DNA from: Thermodesulfobacteriota bacterium
Lineage (GTDB): Bacteria; Desulfobacterota; Desulfobulbia; Desulfobulbales; SURF-16
Reading direction: 5' to 3'
NCBI GenBank assembly: GCA_040755455.1
Contig: JBFMAY010000031.1
Location: 4,741-46,492, forward strand
Length of the DNA stretch: 41,752 bases
Shown here: piece by piece, positions 39,910 to 41,752 of the stretch
How positions within the stretch are numbered: the stretch's first letter is position 1
Layout: each line of letters begins with the position of its first letter
Position numbers and translations under genes: made by a program
The notes under the pieces: generated by a model
What the model saw: the letters and a program-made list of their open reading frames with translations, nothing else
Database searches by the model: none
Told to the model about the DNA's origin: nothing

Positions 39910-40959
39910 ATGGCATCTGAAAAAAAAATAAAACTAACAGGCACGGTCAAGGCAGCCGGTTGAGCCGCCAAGCTCAGTCCGGGGGACCTGGACCAGATAC
40001 TGTGCGGCCTTGATCTGCCCAAAGATCCGAATCTGATCGTGGGCGCCGAAGGCTGTGACGATGCCGGCGTATACCGGCTGACGGACGAGTGCGCCCTGAT
40101 CCAGACCGTTGATTTTTTTACCCCCATTGTCGATGATCCATACCGTTTCGGCCAGATTGCCGCGGCCAATGCCCTAAGCGATGTCTATGCCATGGGGGGC
40201 AAGCCGCTGCTTGCCATGAATCTGGTGGCCTTTCCCCTGGGCGATATGGACAAGTCCGTGTTAAAGGATATCCTGCGCGGCGGCCTGGAAAAGATCAAGG
40301 AGGCCGGCGCCTTGCTGGTGGGCGGCCACAGTATCGAGGACAAAGAGCTCAAATACGGACTTTCCCTCACCGGCGTGGTGCACCCCGACCGGGTCATGCT
40401 CAACTCCGGGGCGCGGCCGGGGGACCAGCTCCTGCTCACCAAACCGCTGGGCACGGGAATTCTCTCCACCGCCATCAAGGGCGAGTTGGCCGGCGAGGAG
40501 CTGGAAAAGCTGATCACCGAATGCATGATCACCTTAAACCGCATCGCCGGCGATGTCATGGCTGAGGTGGGGGCACATGGCTGCACCGACATCACCGGTT
40601 TCGGCCTCATCGGCCATCTCTTTGAAATGGCCCACGCCTCAAAGGTAACCATCACGGTTGATACCGCCGCCGTGCCGCTGCTCCCGCAAACCCATGCCTT
40701 TGCCGCCATGGGGATCATCCCGGAAGGGGCCTATAAAAATAAAAAATTTTATGAGAAATGGGTGACCAGTCAGCTGGCCGCGCTCGATCCGCTGGAGATG
40801 ATTCTCTACGACCCGCAGACCTCCGGCGGCCTGCTCATCGCCGCCTCCCCCGAGCAGATCGCCGCCATGGAGAAAAAGATCAGGGCCGCCTCATCGCTGG
40901 CGTGCGCCGTCATCGGCACGGTGCAGGAGGGGGAGGCCGGGAGGATCATGCTGGTGTAG
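39910..40959 (+). CDS. selD: Selenide, water dikinase SelD containing selenocysteine (UGA at codon 18)
   Basis: ATG 39910: MASEKKIKLTGTVKAAG-U(39961-39963)-AAKLSPGDL, in frame with ORF 40039..40959 (DDAGVY, QTVDFFTPIVDDP, ANALSDVYAMGG, GGHS, DPQTSGGLL). Confidence 0.95.
39964..40008 (+). promoter_or_regulatory. Bacterial SECIS element candidate
   Basis: Upper stem GUCCGGG/CCUGGAC (39977-39993) with GGA loop about 20 nt after UGA; lower pairing GCCGC (39964-39968) with GCGGC (40004-40008). Confidence 0.7.
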
Positions 40960-40986
40960 TTCGCGGATAGCTTTTGTGAGTGGGCC

Positions 40987-41433
40987 TTGCGGCACACAGT
41001 GTTTTTTGAGTCAATAAATTTCGCACATGTGTTTCATTATGGTGAAAATATCCCATTAACTTCAGATATAACCAACATCATTAATTCACTTTTGCCTAAT
41101 GATTCTTTACTGTTAAAAGTTTCCGAAAATTTAGTTGAAGGTGCTGAGCATGCCACAGCGTCACATCCTCAGCTTGTCTGTGATATTTGCAATCGAGTGC
41201 TTGATGTATGTGGAGCAGAAATCAATAATGTTGCCACCAAATACGCTTTTTTGGCGGAACCAATTGTGTCCATCGCACTGACACTACACAGGGTTCCCTC
41301 GTTTAGGGATAAAGGACTAGAGCTTTTTGAACGGTTGGTTGAAAGTAATATTCAAGCAGCAGAACAAGCCTTGAATTTGCTTGACAGAAACCCTGTTAAA
41401 AACTCAACTTTCGGAGTTGGCGTAACTTGCTGA
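40987..41433 (+). pseudogene. Low-GC ORF, probably the C-terminal remnant of a larger foreign protein
   Basis: TTG start without a clear RBS; abrupt GC drop after selD; helical C-terminal-like sequence; adjacent IS end. Confidence 0.45.
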
Positions 41434-41625
41434 ATTTACATTATTAAATAACTTTTTAGCCCGGAAAACTAATTTTATGCCGCTTGAAATCATTACACTT
41501 TTTCTTGAAATTTCTGTTGATTTTGGAAATGTAATCCGCAATAGAAAGTAAAGAGCAATACGATTTTGAACGAATATTTAACCATTTACGCTAACTCCGA
41601 AAGTTGAGTTAAAAAGAGAACTCAG

Positions 41626-41752
41626 TGTCGCTGGTAAAATAAAACTATACCAAAAATGGTAATGAAAAGTGTACCACTCCAAACTTTGATTCCATGGTGT
41701 TTACCTTCTTTTCAAAAGGAGGTGGCAGCCATGATTTCAATGGAGGTATTTA
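41626..41752 (+). mobile_element. Left end of an IS21-family insertion sequence (truncated by the window)
   Basis: Starts TGT; tandem related repeats TGGTAAAATAAAACTATACCA (41632-41652) and TGGTAATGAAAAGTGTACCA (41657-41676); AGGAGG RBS then ATG. Confidence 0.7.
41731..41752 (+). CDS. Start of a probable IstA transposase (MISMEVF...)
   Basis: Strong RBS and position just inside the IS21-like end; only 7 codons visible. Confidence 0.55.

Noticed and set aside
40957..41433. ORF after selD is in the same frame as selD across its TAG, suggesting readthrough or pyrrolysine
   Set aside because: SelD ends at its normal C-terminus; same-frame adjacency over 9 codons is likely by chance; composition differs sharply.

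Overview
Chromosomal window from a deltaproteobacterium (Desulfobacterota, probably Desulfobulbales-like; inferred from the tmRNA tag ADDYAYAVAA, gene order and a selenocysteine-containing SelD). The left end (about 0.5-5.8 kb) is a compact integrative element at the 3' end of tmRNA: P4-type tyrosine integrase, hypothetical/HTH-like gene, alpA and an AEP primase-SF3 helicase. It carries three separate families of short repeats, and no second att site is visible. Next come ssrA, smpB and a GspE/PilB ATPase on the minus strand. A long plus-strand housekeeping run follows: purL, YhaM-like HD nuclease, holB, PSP1/RicT, metG, degenerate GGDEF, MinD/FlhG, yggT, divIVA, yggU, phosphoesterase, HIT, mutS, amidase. 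After that are comF, mtnA and a GAF-MreB-serine hydrolase operon, then an AT-rich oriC-like spacer with no adjacent dnaA, dnaN-gyrB-gyrA-gpsA, znuCB and selD with an in-frame UGA plus SECIS. The window ends with a low-GC gene remnant and the left end of an IS21-family element. Best leads: the minimal tmRNA satellite and its operator array; a beta-clamp motif on the YhaM-like nuclease; a MinD lacking a membrane-targeting tail paired with a dead GGDEF protein next to DivIVA; an orphan MreB operon facing the putative origin; and the dnaA-uncoupled origin. All calls are by eye; no database searches were run.
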